64,000 nt of DNA, from NCBI GenBank assembly GCA_002269645.1, contig NIVC01003940.1:4647-68646 (forward strand), in the 5' to 3' direction. Origin of the DNA: Macrostomum lignano. Taxonomy: Eukaryota. The notes below the pieces were generated by a model, which had not been told where the DNA came from, did not search any database, and saw only the letters and a list, made by a program, of their open reading frames with translations. Numbering within the stretch: the stretch's first letter is position 1; each line of letters opens with the position of its first letter. Made by a program: the position numbers and the translations under genes. Shown here piece by piece: positions 10,944-23,700 of the stretch.

Positions 10944-12741
10944 TTGAGCCTCTGGTGGTCAGCTCCTTCCTAAATACTTTCCAGCGATGTTGAAGTGCTC
11001 TGTCACAAACGCAATCCTCTCATTCTTGGGGTAAATGAGCATCAAAGGATGAGCTAATAGGCGCTTCTGTGGCTGATAATTGGTTTTGGTTTTAACTCGA
11101 ACTCCAAGCAGTATTTGTTTTGACAAATCGAGGTCCATTGGAATGAATTTCTGGTTTTGTCTCTTGCACTCATACACCTCGTAAGAGGACACGCTGCAAA
11201 GTACACAAGGCTAGAAGTTAAGGTTTTATCAGAACGTTCAGGTATTAGCCAGAAACTAAAAATTGTAAAGCTTTCAGCTGTACTTTTTGTAACAGGTAGG
11301 ATTTTGTGTCCATCCTGCCTGCACCTTCTGCTCACGTCGGATAACAAAGAATTGAACTCGAAGCACGGTTTTTCTGGGCCCAGGCTGCTGCGGCCTACAG
11401 CCCAGCCGAGGCAATGGCCATGCCTTTAGGCCCGCAGATGCGGGCGAGAGCAAAGTGAAGCGAGCGCCTCCACTTTCTCTCCTTTTATTTAAAACACTGC
11501 AGAACAGGCGCGTGGGAACGTAAACTCTTATAGGCTACACAGAACAAAATGCAAATTACGCAGCAAGTTTTAGGTGCAGCCGTCCTTTGCAAATATGACT
11601 GCATTTTATGCAGCTCATAGATGGAAGGATGAACGGTATGCCTCGTGGAGGCCGAAAAGAAGCAAGGTGCAAGGTGGATGAGGAGATTCGTGAATTTCTG
11701 GAAGCAGAGGTGAACCGCAACCCGTTCCTCACCCTGAGCTGGACTGCTGTGTTTCCATCATTTTTCTGACTGTGTTGCCATTTCTGTTGTCAATTTCTCG
11801 TTTCTATTGTTAAAATTTCATTCAAATAAACGCACACATTGCTCCCGTTGCCATTTTGATTGTCCAATTCTCATTTCGATCGTCAAAAAGTCTATGGCCT
11901 AAGCCGCAGCTGCTGCGAAGCTGAGCTGAGCTGCTGCATGCAGATCTACGGCTGTTTTCATTTTGATTGTCCATTTTCTCATATTGATTGTCAAAACCAA
12001 TACCAGCTAGCTGGTTTCAGAACTAAGCTTATCAAATTGATCAAGTATGCATTAAAACGATAATAATTTTGATTTTTAAGGCTCCACCGCCGACCATGGG
12101 AAACATGGCGCAAAAATCCCTTCTGAAAGGCCCAGAGAGCAGCTCCAATCAAGGCCAAGAGCACTTGTAGAAAGAAAAGGGATTTAAAAGAAGTTTAGTG
12201 CTGAACTTGATAGAGTCCATCTCCCCCAATGCACTGTTGCGTGCCTGCTCAACACAGCAAACCTTTGATCGATTATTCACACAGGAAAATCAGTTATTGC
12301 GCTGCTGTTTATTCAATAAACTAAAATCACTCTCACATAACGATCATTTATTAACATTAAGTCAATTTTCTCGGTCGATATCCGCTCAAGTAAAGTCAGC
12401 GATGCAAATTAATAACATTCCTGCATGATATGTCAAACTTGTGGACACGATTTCTTTTAGAAATTGAGGCCGGAAACAGGGCTTATAGGAGTTTGGGAGT
12501 GGCCAACAGACAGTATGAATTAACAGTTGTCGGAACTGAATGCACATTGCGCCAAGCGCTACCAAAAACCATCTGAATTGAATGAAAATATTTCAACTTT
12601 GACTGCACATTTAACAAATTAGGATGGGAAAATGTGTAACTGTACGACAAATTCATGTTCCATTTCGAATAAAATCAAAGTAGCGTCCCTCCATCGTGAT
12701 ACTTCCAGCTGTCTAAGAGTCAGTCAATCCTTGGATGAAAA

Positions 12742-13496
12742 TCATTTTGTACAGAAAGAACTGTCCACAAGAGATATTTCCACCTTCCCATCAGGTTCAG
12801 TGTTGCCTCCATCCGTTCCTGAGACTTGCTCAGCTGAAGCATCCGCGTAACTGGAGCCGCCGCCGCCTGGACTGCCTTTCGCCCCTCCGGAGCCGCCGCA
12901 GTAGCCGCCACCGCCACCACCTCCGGCTTCATTTGCTCCAGATCCAGCAGTTCGGCCTCCTCCGCCTCCACCGCCGTAGCCACCGGAACCGCCACCGGCA
13001 CCGTCGCCTCCAGCCCAGGTGGTGCCTCCAAAGCCACTACTATCTCCAGCAGGTGAAGCCGCAGGCGACTGCCATCCAGCACCAGCAGCGCCACAGTTAG
13101 TACCCGACGGGTTGCTACCGGCGTTCTGATTGGCCGATCCGGGGCAAGAGCCATGCGAATGAATTCCAGCTTTGCCTGCAGTTGTCTCAGTGCCTCCGCC
13201 TCCTCCCCCGGCCGCCAACAGCAGGGTGCTGCTGCTCGTGTAGATGAAAGTTCCGCCTCCTCCACCGCCGCCATCGCCACTGCTTCCGCGTTTTCCAACA
13301 ACAATGGTCAGCGTCTGAGAACTAGTCAAGGTAAAGTGAGCAATTTTTTCTGCTCCGTTGCCACCAGCGGCTGCTGTGCTTCCATCAAAAGCTGTACCGC
13401 CTTTGGCACCACGCGCTACAAATCGATAGCAGCCACCGTCCACAGGTGGCGTGTAGGTCACCGACGTTCCTAATTGGTATGACGCTGATGCTGGCG
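12742..13496 (-). CDS. Paralog 1 exon 2: ALK/LTK-type glycine-rich domain (terminal exon)
   Basis: Phase-1 acceptor TTTTCAG at 13497; YTPP..GCY.F.A.GAKGG, GGNGA, LTIVVG, GGGGGGTF, LLLAAGGGGGG; stop at 12742. Confidence 0.8.
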
Positions 13497-14059
13497 CTGA
13501 AAACGTTAGAGAAAATCAGATTTTAACTTATAATGTTATCATTTAATAAATACCAACTTGAATTGTTAAACAGGCAGGTGCTTGTTTAAATTAGGTCAGT
13601 TTCGTTTCTGTGTAAAAATATCAATTCCTAGAGCACAGAGAATAAGAATGGTTACAGAGAATACCGAAGTATTCTCACTAACTAGAATTACTACGCTTGG
13701 TTACTTTTCCGGATTTTTTGCTTACACCAATCTCAGAATGCGAATACATCTGGTGGGTTGGCCCCCTAATAAAACAACAAGAGAAACTGCAGCTGCAGCA
13801 GCAATAACATCAGCAGCCACTGCCACAGAACTGCACTCCGCCAAAGCCAATAAAGACAGTCCAGCTGATAAAAAGTCAATTAAGGACATAACTCCATTAA
13901 AAATCAGCGAAATTTTAGAAACCAATTTTCTGTGGCCAAAATACTTGCTTTAAGATTATCCACTTTATTGTCTTTTAGCCAGAGAGAATTATGCCTTTAA
14001 CAGCCTGGCTTGGACTGTAGTCTGCGGGAGAGTGGCAGCTTAGAATTCCGAGCTGTCCG

Positions 14060-14330
14060 CTTGATTGGCTTTATTGTCTATGGCCGACTGCAGCTCTGTG
14101 ACAGTGGTTTGATTGGCTTTATTGTCTATGGCCGACTGCAGCTGTGTGACAGTGGTTTTGATTGGCTTTATTGTCTATGGCCGACTGCAGCTCTGTGACA
14201 GTGGTTTTGATTGGCTTTATTGTCTATGGCCGACTGCAGCTCTGTGACAGTGGTTTTGATTGGCTTTATTGTCTATTGCCGAGTGCAGGTCTGTGACAGT
14301 GGCTTTGATTGGCTTTATTGTCTATGGCCC
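14060..14330. repeat. ~49-bp minisatellite (~5.5 copies) in the paralog 1 intron
   Basis: TTGATTGGCTTTATTGTCTATGGCCGACTGCAGCTCTGTGACAGTGGTT. Confidence 0.9.
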
Positions 14331-14961
14331 AGTGAAGTTCTGTGGCGATCTCCTTCTGCTGTTGCGAATGGGGATTCCTATCTTGATTTGCTTAATTATG
14401 AACTTTACTGACAGAAGCAATTTACAGTTCAGTATGGCTTTTACCACTGAGCAATACGAGTATTAAGAAGCTTTTGTATCTAAATCCGAATGAAACTGAC
14501 TACCTAAACACGAGAGAGCATAGGAACTCGTGAAATTTAGTCTTGAAAATTTGATTAGAATCTGATGATAGCAAAAACTGCTTTTAAAAAGAGGCTTCGG
14601 GGCGAATGCATTCACAACTGAAGAAGTCGCAACAACTCGAGCTTCTTAGAATTGAGCTGATAAGAAAAATACATATTTGTCGGATTGCTAGTGCATTCAG
14701 TATGCTCTAAAAAAACGGCATTGTTAGTGCCGGATTTGTCTGTGTCGAAGCAATATTGAGCGCCATGCGTTCTCTCGAGCATGCTCAACGCGATACTACA
14801 AATATACATTACTTACGGGCCTCAAGCTTATTTCTAAGAAATTCGAGTTTAGGTTCCTACTACGAACGTACAGCAATCCAATTTGCAAATGGTGCAAAAG
14901 GAAGATTCTATTTTTCTTAGTATTTCACTTAAATGAAAAAAATGTATACATGTATACCTAC

Positions 14962-15832
14962 CAGTCAGTGCCAGTGGACCCGGAGTCGTATACGTTGTCG
15001 TTAGAGTCGTAGTAGTAGCAGTGGTAGTCGGAGTCGTAGTGGTCGTAGTCGTAGTGGTCGTTGGAGCCTCTGTGCTCGCAGTCGTAGTGGTAGTTGGAAC
15101 CTCTGTGGTCGTAGTCGTAGTGGTCGTTGGAGCCTCTGTGGTCACAATTGTAGTGGTCGTTGGAGCCTCTGTGGTCACAGTCGTAGTTGCCGTTGGAGCC
15201 TCTGTGGTCGTAGTCATAGTGGTCGTTGGAGCCTCTGTGGTCGTAGTTGTAGTGGTCGTTGGAGCCTCTGTGGTCGTAGTCGTAGTGGTCGTTGGAGCCT
15301 CTGTGGTCGCAGTCGTAGTGGTCGTTAGAGCCTCTGTGGTCGCAGTCGTAGTGGTCGTTGGAGCCTCTGTGGTCGCAGTCGTAGTGGTCGTTGGAGCCTC
15401 TGTGATCGTAGTCGTGGCTGTCGTTGGAGTCTCGGTGGTCGTTATCGGAGCCGAAGTAATCAGAGTCGAAGTGGTCGGAGCCGTAGTTCTCATCGAAGTA
15501 GTCTCACAATCTGCTCTGGTTCGCAGCACCTGCGTGTTGCAGGCCGGTCCGCTACTTTGCTGCCAGTAAAGCAGCAGGTCGCAGCTGTCTCCGAGAATGC
15601 ATGACCGGTTGCTAGGCAAGTACTCATAGACTGAGCACAGGGTCGTGTTGCTCGCGCATTCGACAGCGCACACTCGAGCATCGACAACCCCAAGCACTGT
15701 GCACTGACCGCTCGCTGCAGTCGCAGAATTGTAGCACAGGTCCGGCCTCTTGTCGAAGACAAAAGATAGGCCATCGGCGAATGAAATCAGGGCTGTCAAA
15801 GTTATGACAGCTTCGCCTACATGCAGTGACAT
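14962..15832 (-). CDS. Paralog 1 exon 1: signal peptide + PAN/apple-like domain + Thr-rich mucin stalk (11-aa units)
   Basis: Hydrophobic N-terminus; C..C.....C..YEY.....C pattern; ~12 TEAPTTTT units; phase-1 donor G|GTAGGT at 14961. Exons 1+2 = 1626 nt, i.e. 541 aa plus stop. Confidence 0.8.
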
Positions 15833-18800
15833 TCTAAGACGCTTACTCGTAGACTAGTAAAGGCTTCTTTTAGAAGGGTTCTAAAGCCAAGAATGTTGCT
15901 TGACAGAAAGTCAGAAACCGCAGCTCCTAAATACAATGCCTCAAGCAGTCTCGAGCAGTTTCCTTCTTCAATTCTTGTTGGCTGGCTCTCTAGAGTCCAG
16001 CGGGTAGAGTTTGTAGTCATCATCACCATGAAAACCAGCCCAAGACAGTAACTATCTCTGGGACAGAGAAAAACTCTTCCCACTGCCTGTTGTGTGGCAG
16101 TTCAGTATAAGTGGTGGCTTGAAGATGCTTCAAGTTGGTTTTGAGCAATAAGAAGGGTCTTTTTACTTTGTAAAGGAGAGCTTTTCTAACAAGTTTTGTT
16201 GTTGTTCAGTAGCTTTGGCATTTGTGGCAAGCTTAAATTAGCTCAGAGCTGTCGTCAAGAAGTGAATTCTACGTCCCATCTATATGCCTTTATGCTTTTC
16301 TCTGACTAGCTATAGGTCTCTCGACCCTATCTACAAGTGGCTACCGCAACTCCGTGCACCGCGGCACGGACCACTCGCCAAACGACATCTTATCCAACAG
16401 AGCCGTGAGCGACGAGGCTACCAAGGCACGTTTTGCCTTGCTTTAACTTGCGAGTAATTATTGTTTTGGCATAAGCACAACCGTTTATCAGACACAAATT
16501 TTCTCAATTTAACGTAGGATGCAAGTTGTTAGCTGCGTTTAGAATACCAAGTCACAAGGAGATTAGGAGCTACAATCAGTCTGGTTAGAAAGTCATTGTC
16601 ATTGTCACTACTTATTTTTCTACCTCTTCACAATTCCAATTGCAGAAGTAGTTTCTCTAGCAGAGAGCAGACTCCATCCTTGGTTCATTTGAGGCTTAAA
16701 TTATTTATGCCATCGCAGAGAGCCAGCGTCTCCCTTCCACAGCTAGAGGCTTTCAGCTTTCACTGTCGTCCTTAAGTGCCAGAAAAGCGACAGAGATTTC
16801 CACGTACATGTATTTTCTTTAGAAAACGTTTTTTTTACCGGAGTGGGCTAAAACGGCGCATATTCAACTCACATGACGTTTAAAAGATGAAAAAATTAAG
16901 TCTTCTTGTATCTTTAGTGAGGTGAAAAAATTACTCATGTTCATCTTTGGTTATCCTATTAAGCTTGTCTAAATTACCTATAAGGTACTGCATGGATAAG
17001 TAAGTTTGAAAAAATGCTGCATGATTTTGAACTTTACTAGTGGTCGATTTTTATTGCTACATTCGTGTATAGTAACGATATTGGTAAATGCAAGTTTTTG
17101 TAATAAGGAAACGATTTTGAAACCTGACTTAAGATCATTTATTTCGGTCCCTGAGTGGTTTAACAAGATTTATCTATTTTAATTTATACAGAAAGCTGGG
17201 AAAAATGTAAAATTACAACTCTACCCTACTCTTCCGTGAATTTTTGTCATCCATTGAGCTTGTCTATGGTAAAACCTCATCTGGTCCAAAATGGTCTACA
17301 AAAACGAAAAAATCTGTTGAGAAACCAGTTGAAGGAAAATGCATAATTTCATTCAATATTTGTAAGAGAGATGTGTCCCACAACCAGCGCTGAAGCGATT
17401 ATGCCTATTCAGCTGACTCCAAAGAACATAGCAAATGCACCAGTACTGTACGCAAGCACGCACTCATACACACGCTCACACAGGATGTACAGCAGCCCTG
17501 ACTTTCTAATCGTCAGACATGTACACTCTCTGTGCTCTCTTTTGGCCCTCGTGGCTGCGAATCACACGGCAACCCACGCCAAATTTTCGTGCACACAATC
17601 CTCAATTCAAGTATTCGAAAACTGGTGTAGAGATCTCCAAACCTAGTAGACTACTAGAAGTAGTAAGATAAAATTACATGTACGAATGCAAATTTAAAAA
17701 AGCATGCGTCATACTCTATTTTCAGTAATACCAGTAATATCACGAAAACAGTGAGTGATCATTCCACAGTTCGAAAAATCGGTTTTCAACCTATATTTCC
17801 AAATATGGTAAATGTTAACTCAAATGCGACCCAAGTTTCACCCTTTTTTATTAGAAACCGCACCGATCAAAGGAGAAAGTTCATTTCTTGATTCTTATCA
17901 ATAAAACCGGTTTAGGGCTCAAGGTCAAATAAAATTGTGTATAAATGAATACAAGCGAAAAATCCGAGCTGAAACCTCAGACTCGGAGCAGTCAGTCTTT
18001 AATTGTTAGTTGATTATTGAGAGCTGTGTTATTGCCGGCAGTTACTGATCAGTTGATTTAACTGAGTTTATTGAATTTGAGGCCTCCCCTTTTCCTAAGG
18101 AATTGGATAGGATCTGCGGACCGATTCTGATACTCTTAGTCCATTGATTGATTTTGGTACCCTAGAGTAACCGAAGGAGCATACGACTCCGATTCCTTTA
18201 TTTCTAGTAGAAGACGCCCTTTCTGGAGGACCTCGTTATCGTCATAGAGTTGACTTTGTTATTAGGGCGCATCTCTGCACTTGAGGAATGTATTGACGTC
18301 GACGGATTAAATTGAAGTGCTCTCATATTCGGCCGATTTTAAAACTCAAGAAGACTACTCCGGAGGAGGAAGATTTGAAGAAACGAGCTCGGAGAACCTG
18401 CCCAACAAAGAAGCGGAGCCCGCACCACTGATCACTAAATTTCGTTCCCAGGCTTGATGTCTGGAAGTGGAAGTTCGTGCGTTTGGATACTAGACTTAAT
18501 TCTCCCTCTCTCTTCTCTTTCTCTCTCTCTTTCCATCTCTCTCTCTAGTGTGCTAAAACGAACTCTTCACAAGGTTACAGTCAGCATCTGATCAAACGCA
18601 TACCAACTTAATGCGCATATAGGACTGATATAAACTGGTCTAGCATCTAAATTTTTCAGGACTAAAATGTCAATAGAATTCCTTCATCCAGTACAGAATA
18701 AAAGTACTTTTTAAATTCTGTATTTGATTATATGCGGTCTGGAAAACAGTTTAGGCACTGTATAATTAAAGTAAGTTGCATGTATATCCCACGGGTTCAT

Positions 18801-19104
18801 TTAAGATTAGGGTTTAGGGTATAGGGTTATGGTTAGGGTTGGGGTATTGCTGAGATTTCTAGACTGATGGGGTATTTGCTAAGATGTCATGTCTCACGGG
18901 GGGAATAGCTGAGATGTCAAGGCTTACTAAGGGAATTGTTGGGGTCATATGAGAGAAGAAAGAATGCTACATGTAGTTTATTCAAAAAATTGTATTCAAT
19001 TTTTGTTTGCCCAACGGGGGGCGCTGATTGCTAGTATACATCTAATAATAACTGACTACAATGGTTTTCATTAATGAATGAGTATCATGTCTTCTTCCGC
19101 TATC

Positions 19105-20445
19105 ACTTCTTTGAGACGGACTCTTTGAGACATCCTCCGGGGTGCTTGATTGAGATACGCTAGCGCCGTTCCTGTTCGTTCTGGTGCTTGACTGGGTGCT
19201 GCGGACCGCTCCTCCTACCAACGACGATGGTTTTCTGTTGCGGCGACGCGTGTCGACGCCAACCGGAGAGACGGCTCAGTGTGCTTGGCTACGCCGACGA
19301 TCTTGCCCTGCTGTCCTCGATCGTCGAGGGCGCCCAGCGCCAGCTGGACCGGCTGGTGAGCGTTGCGGCGAGTGTCGGCCTGGTGGTCGACACGCAGAAG
19401 ACCGTTTTGCTCTGCGTGCCGGACGACATTCGAGACTTCTATTTTCTGCCGAGGTGCTGACGGGCAGGTGACGAGGCTTCCGCGCTATCAGCAGTTTGTC
19501 TACCCCGGCAGTCCGGTGCCTCACGTTCGCGAGAACCGGCGACGTCTCCGTGGACTTGCCTGGGCTGCTTTCGTTCCGTGAGGATTGTCCTGCAGCCCGT
19601 GGCCCTGCCTCACAGCCAGAGGACGGCGTTGTTCCAGGCGGTGTTCGAGACCGTCCTGTGGTACAATGCCGAGACCTGGACGCTGACGAGTTTGCTCGAA
19701 CAGCAGGTCGATGCAGCGCACGCTGGCCTGCTGCGCGCCGCTTTCAAAGATCGGCTACGAGCATCAATGCGTCAATGCGGCACTCTATCGCCGCACCTCA
19801 AATTTGTTGCGCCGTCGGCGACTTCAGCAGGCCAGCTAGGTCATATTATCCGAGCCGAATCGTACTGCCCGCAACCGGTGCAGGAGCTGGAGGTGCTCTC
19901 TCTCTCTCTCTCTGCACCGCACACCCCGAAATCAGCGCTGCTGCGAGGGGCGGGGGCGTCAAAATTGGCGCCCCAGTCTGCGAAGGAGCCTGAGAACTGC
20001 CTGCGCGTCACAGAGGAGAAGCTCACGATCGGCCGGGCGGGCCGCGTGTACTCTGGGGCAGTCGAAAAGAAGATGCTGCTCGGTGTCCGGGTCCCCGCAG
20101 TCCAGGCACAGCGCGCGGGTTGACAGACAGGCCGAGCCGATGGCGAGTGGCGGCCGCTTGGAGGCTGCAGCCGGCGCAAAGCGAATTAATGGCCACCTCG
20201 GCCCTTCTGAGTAAAGCTGGCAGTTGTGGCCAGGAGGTTTCCCGGCCCCAGAACTCGAGGTCGAGGTTGGATCTCAGATGGTGGAGGATGGAGGTGCTGC
20301 TGCTGACGCTGCAGGCACCCTACCAGCGGGCCGGGCAGGCGCGTACTCGGCGTTTCGTCGACTGCCTGCTGGCTGATGCCGGCGCCCCGGACACTGCCGG
20401 CAGTGCGGCCTAAGTTCGCGCCCAGGCCCTGAAACCCGCATAGCA
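19105..20445 (+). mobile_element. 5'-truncated, frameshifted RTE-like non-LTR retrotransposon (reverse transcriptase)
   Basis: SGVLD*DTLAPFLFVLVLDW (GVxQGDxLAP), LGYADDLALL, VLWYNAETWTL and LGHIIRAE, spread over several frames. Confidence 0.88.
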
Positions 20446-21881
20446 AAATTACGTATCCAATAGAAAGTGAGACGTCTCCGATACTAAACTTTTTTGGTTG
20501 CAGGAACGTCCTTGATACGTATCCAATTTTTATGATCCTCTAAAGATCAGCTCGCTTCTACGTAATGGTGGAAAAAATAATAAATAAAATTACAAGCATT
20601 ATCTGTTTATCTGTTCACTGAAAATATTTTTAAACTTTATGACAGAATTTACAAAAAAAGAAAAGATAAAAACTAGCAATTAATCTGCTATATTTAAACA
20701 TTTTAATTTCGAAAAAAGTTAGAAAAAATTAGTGAAGTTACATTCATTTTTTCCGTAACCTTAAAAAAATATGATTTCGGTGTAAAGTGCATGTAGCTAC
20801 TGTAGAACAGAAAACTTGCATGCGTTTTATCTAACTTGACTGCAAAATGCTATACTAGCAAGTAGTGTTTAGATTGTAAGCAAAGTATTTGATTAAAAGT
20901 TCTTAATTGATATTAGACAGTTGATAAAGTACATAAAAATTAAAAGATTAAAATTGTAAGACAGAAAGGTTAAAAAAACGTAATTTAAAATTTTTTTGAA
21001 CAAAAAGGAAATGTTTCAAAAGATTCAATTTAATTCTCATAAATTTTAATAATTTATTATATAATTTTAACTAATTATATATAATAATTTATTAATTTCA
21101 ATAAGAATTAAAATTATTTTGAAATAATAATAAATTATATATTAATTTTTGTAAAATTTAAAATTTTCAATTTTCAATTTTCAATTTTACATTTCTATAA
21201 TTGTAATAATTTAAAAAATTTAATTTTAATTTTAAATGTTACTTTTCGAACAAAAAGGTACTGTTTCAAAAGATTCTTTAAATTCTCATAAAGTGGAGTC
21301 AAAAAGAAGAATGGATAAATATTTTCAAAAGCCACAAGAAAAGTATATCAAAAGGAACTCAATTCAAAGCAAAGATAAAAGGGCGGCTGCAAAAAAATCA
21401 AATTTACCCCGGCGAACACTGCAGTGGCAGGATACTGGCTGCACTCGATTATCTTTAGAAATGAACTGGATGCCGGCTAAGCTAAAAACGTACATTTTTC
21501 GTAGCTACAGCAACAAAAAGTGCATTAATTAGTACTCGTAACGGTGTGCTTTCAACAAATCGGAGTTATCTCGACCCAATTTAAAGCTGAATAGCAATGA
21601 ACAGATAGCTCGTCAGTGTCTTGCTCAAAGGGACATAAATTGTTCCGAGTAGGTCGAGAATCGAACCCTCTACCCTCTACCAAAAAGGGTTTACCACTGA
21701 TAACTACTATGCCTTAGGCCGTCAATTTAGTGCTATAAACGAGATATTTATTATATTCTTCTAATGCAACATACCTCGAAAACTAGGTTTCAAGTGGTAT
21801 CTTGTTCTATGTTGGCTGTTCGATTTCACAATAAAGATCTTGAAGCAATTTCCTCCTTGATGTCCAGCGATTCACTCTAAC

Positions 21882-22681
21882 TCATTTGCAGTAAGAGTTG
21901 GCGACGGCTGCAATGACGACCTTTCCAGCAGGACCGCTATTGTGCCCGTTCGATCCCTCGGGGTTCCTGCCCGATGCGTCCACGAAGCTGCCGCCTCCGC
22001 CTCCTCCATCTCCGCTGCTGCTTCCAGTTCCGCCGCAACCACCGGAGTAGCCGCCGCCTCCGCCGCCGCCGCCTTCACTGTCACTACCGTCTGTGCCGCC
22101 GCCTCCGCCGCCTCCGCCGTAGCCACCATCGCCGTTGCTGTTTGCGCCGCCTCCCGCCCAGCTTCCGGTGGCGCTCTTTCCTCCATAGCCTCCATCGTCG
22201 CCTGTGGGTCCGGAACCTCCAGCAGAGCCCCAACCAGCGCCACTGCCGCCAGACCTGTCAGTGCCCTTGCTGGGACCTCCCTGTCCGACAGTCGAGCCAG
22301 AGCAAGTGCTGCTAGTGCCATCGTTGCCGTCTTTTCCCGTGTCCGAGTTGGAGCCATCACCGCCTCCGCCGCCTCCTCCGGCAGCCATAAGCAGCTGATG
22401 CGAGTTACTGCTTCTGGTTATATAGACAAAGGTTCCGCCTCCACCGCCGCCGCCGCCATTAGAGTCGCTATCGCTTCCGGCATCGGTCCCAGACTTTCCC
22501 ACGACAATCGTGAGCGTCTCGGTCAGATTGAAATAGGCCATTTTGTAAGCTCCTTTACCTCCAGTTGCACCTTTTGTTGACTGGCCACCGTTGGCGCCCC
22601 ATGTTTCGATTTTGTAGCAGGTGTTCACTTCCGGTGGTGTGAAGAATTGCACTAATCCCGTTTTGCCAGTTGTGCCACTCG
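21882..22681 (-). CDS. Paralog 2 distal glycine-rich-domain exon (terminal)
   Basis: Phase-1 acceptor ATTTCAG at 22682; FTPP...CYKIETWGANGG, GGKGA, LTIVVG, LLMAAGGGG; stop at 21882; near-identical to 26717-27544. Confidence 0.8.
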
Positions 22682-23553
22682 CTGAAATGCGGTTGATAGA
22701 GTGTGCGTTCAGTGGTAATTCGATTGTAAAGACACAGAACTGCATGATGTTTTGAATGCAGCTATCAGTATTATCAGACATATATCGCAGCCAAGTTATG
22801 GCCAAGAAGTCAGAAGTAAGAGACCTGCCGTCGCCCAGATTCAAAGGGTGTAGTGCTTGTGTTGACATGCTGTGGCGTTTACGGGGATAGTCATACTATT
22901 GTTAATTCTGGCAAAATATTGTTCTACCGGATGAAATAGATTAACTTAATAAAATATCTGTGTATGTAAATTTAAATGTGGCTTTTGTTAGAGTTTTATA
23001 AGTTTCTTGAGTGCTTGCAACCAAGAGTTTGTGGCGTCTGTGATTCCTGAAGTTTGATTGCAGATCGAATCCTACCTCGCAAAAGTGGAAGGCTTATACC
23101 GTATAGCTTCGCTTTTCAATATCTGAGGCAATTAATTTTTTTAAGAATAAAAATACGAATTTTTGACTCGCAGTCGCTGCTCTGCTGTTAACGCCGAGGT
23201 ACTGTACACTCAGTCTACTTGTATAAAGCACTTGGATTCACTTTGGTATGAGTATGCCAAGCCAGAAAACTTTGACACACGACAGAGTTCTCAAATTTTG
23301 TATACATTCAACCAGTTTATGCCTCTTCATTTAAGCATGAGTATGTCATTATGCTGTCTGTCGCCAAGAGTAGAATTTTAGGTGTAAAATTTGTACCCCT
23401 CTACAAAGTAATAACGGCATGCTATGAACTTGTGACGCTTAATGAAATGCGCGTAGTAGGCTGTTTCCACAAAGTATCAACTACGTAAATGGCAAAGTGT
23501 CTAACGATTGTAGAGGAATCTAAATAGATTCAGTAAGTAAATGACATGAAGTA

Positions 23554-23700
23554 AGGCTTTGAAAAGCTATTGATATATACCTCAGCAAGTGCAGACTAGC
23601 ATGCAGTCAGGCTTTGACAAGCTATTTTGATATATACCTCAGCAAGCGCAGAATAGCATGCAGCCAGGCTTTGACAAGCTATTGATGTTTACCTCAGCAA
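23554..23700. repeat. ~55-bp repeat, ~3 copies, with a partial fourth copy at 26573-26606
   Basis: AGCATGCAGTCAGGCTTTGACAAGCTATTGATATATACCTCAGCAAG. Confidence 0.8.

Noticed and set aside
10959-11347. Possible GIY-YIG remnant (VTEHFNIAGK)
   Set aside because: One short motif with no supporting context.
13722-13925. Hydrophobic ORF as an alternative signal-peptide exon for GRD 1
   Set aside because: Its GTAAGC donor is phase 2 while the GRD acceptor needs phase 1, and the phase-1 frame has a stop just upstream.
15817-16083. ORF upstream of paralog 1 containing LLEALYL
   Set aside because: Too little similarity to PLE endonucleases or any family I recognise.
18805-18845. Degenerate TTAGGG repeats as an interstitial telomere or healing site
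   Set aside because: Only ~40 bp and highly degenerate; such tracts are common inside small transposons.
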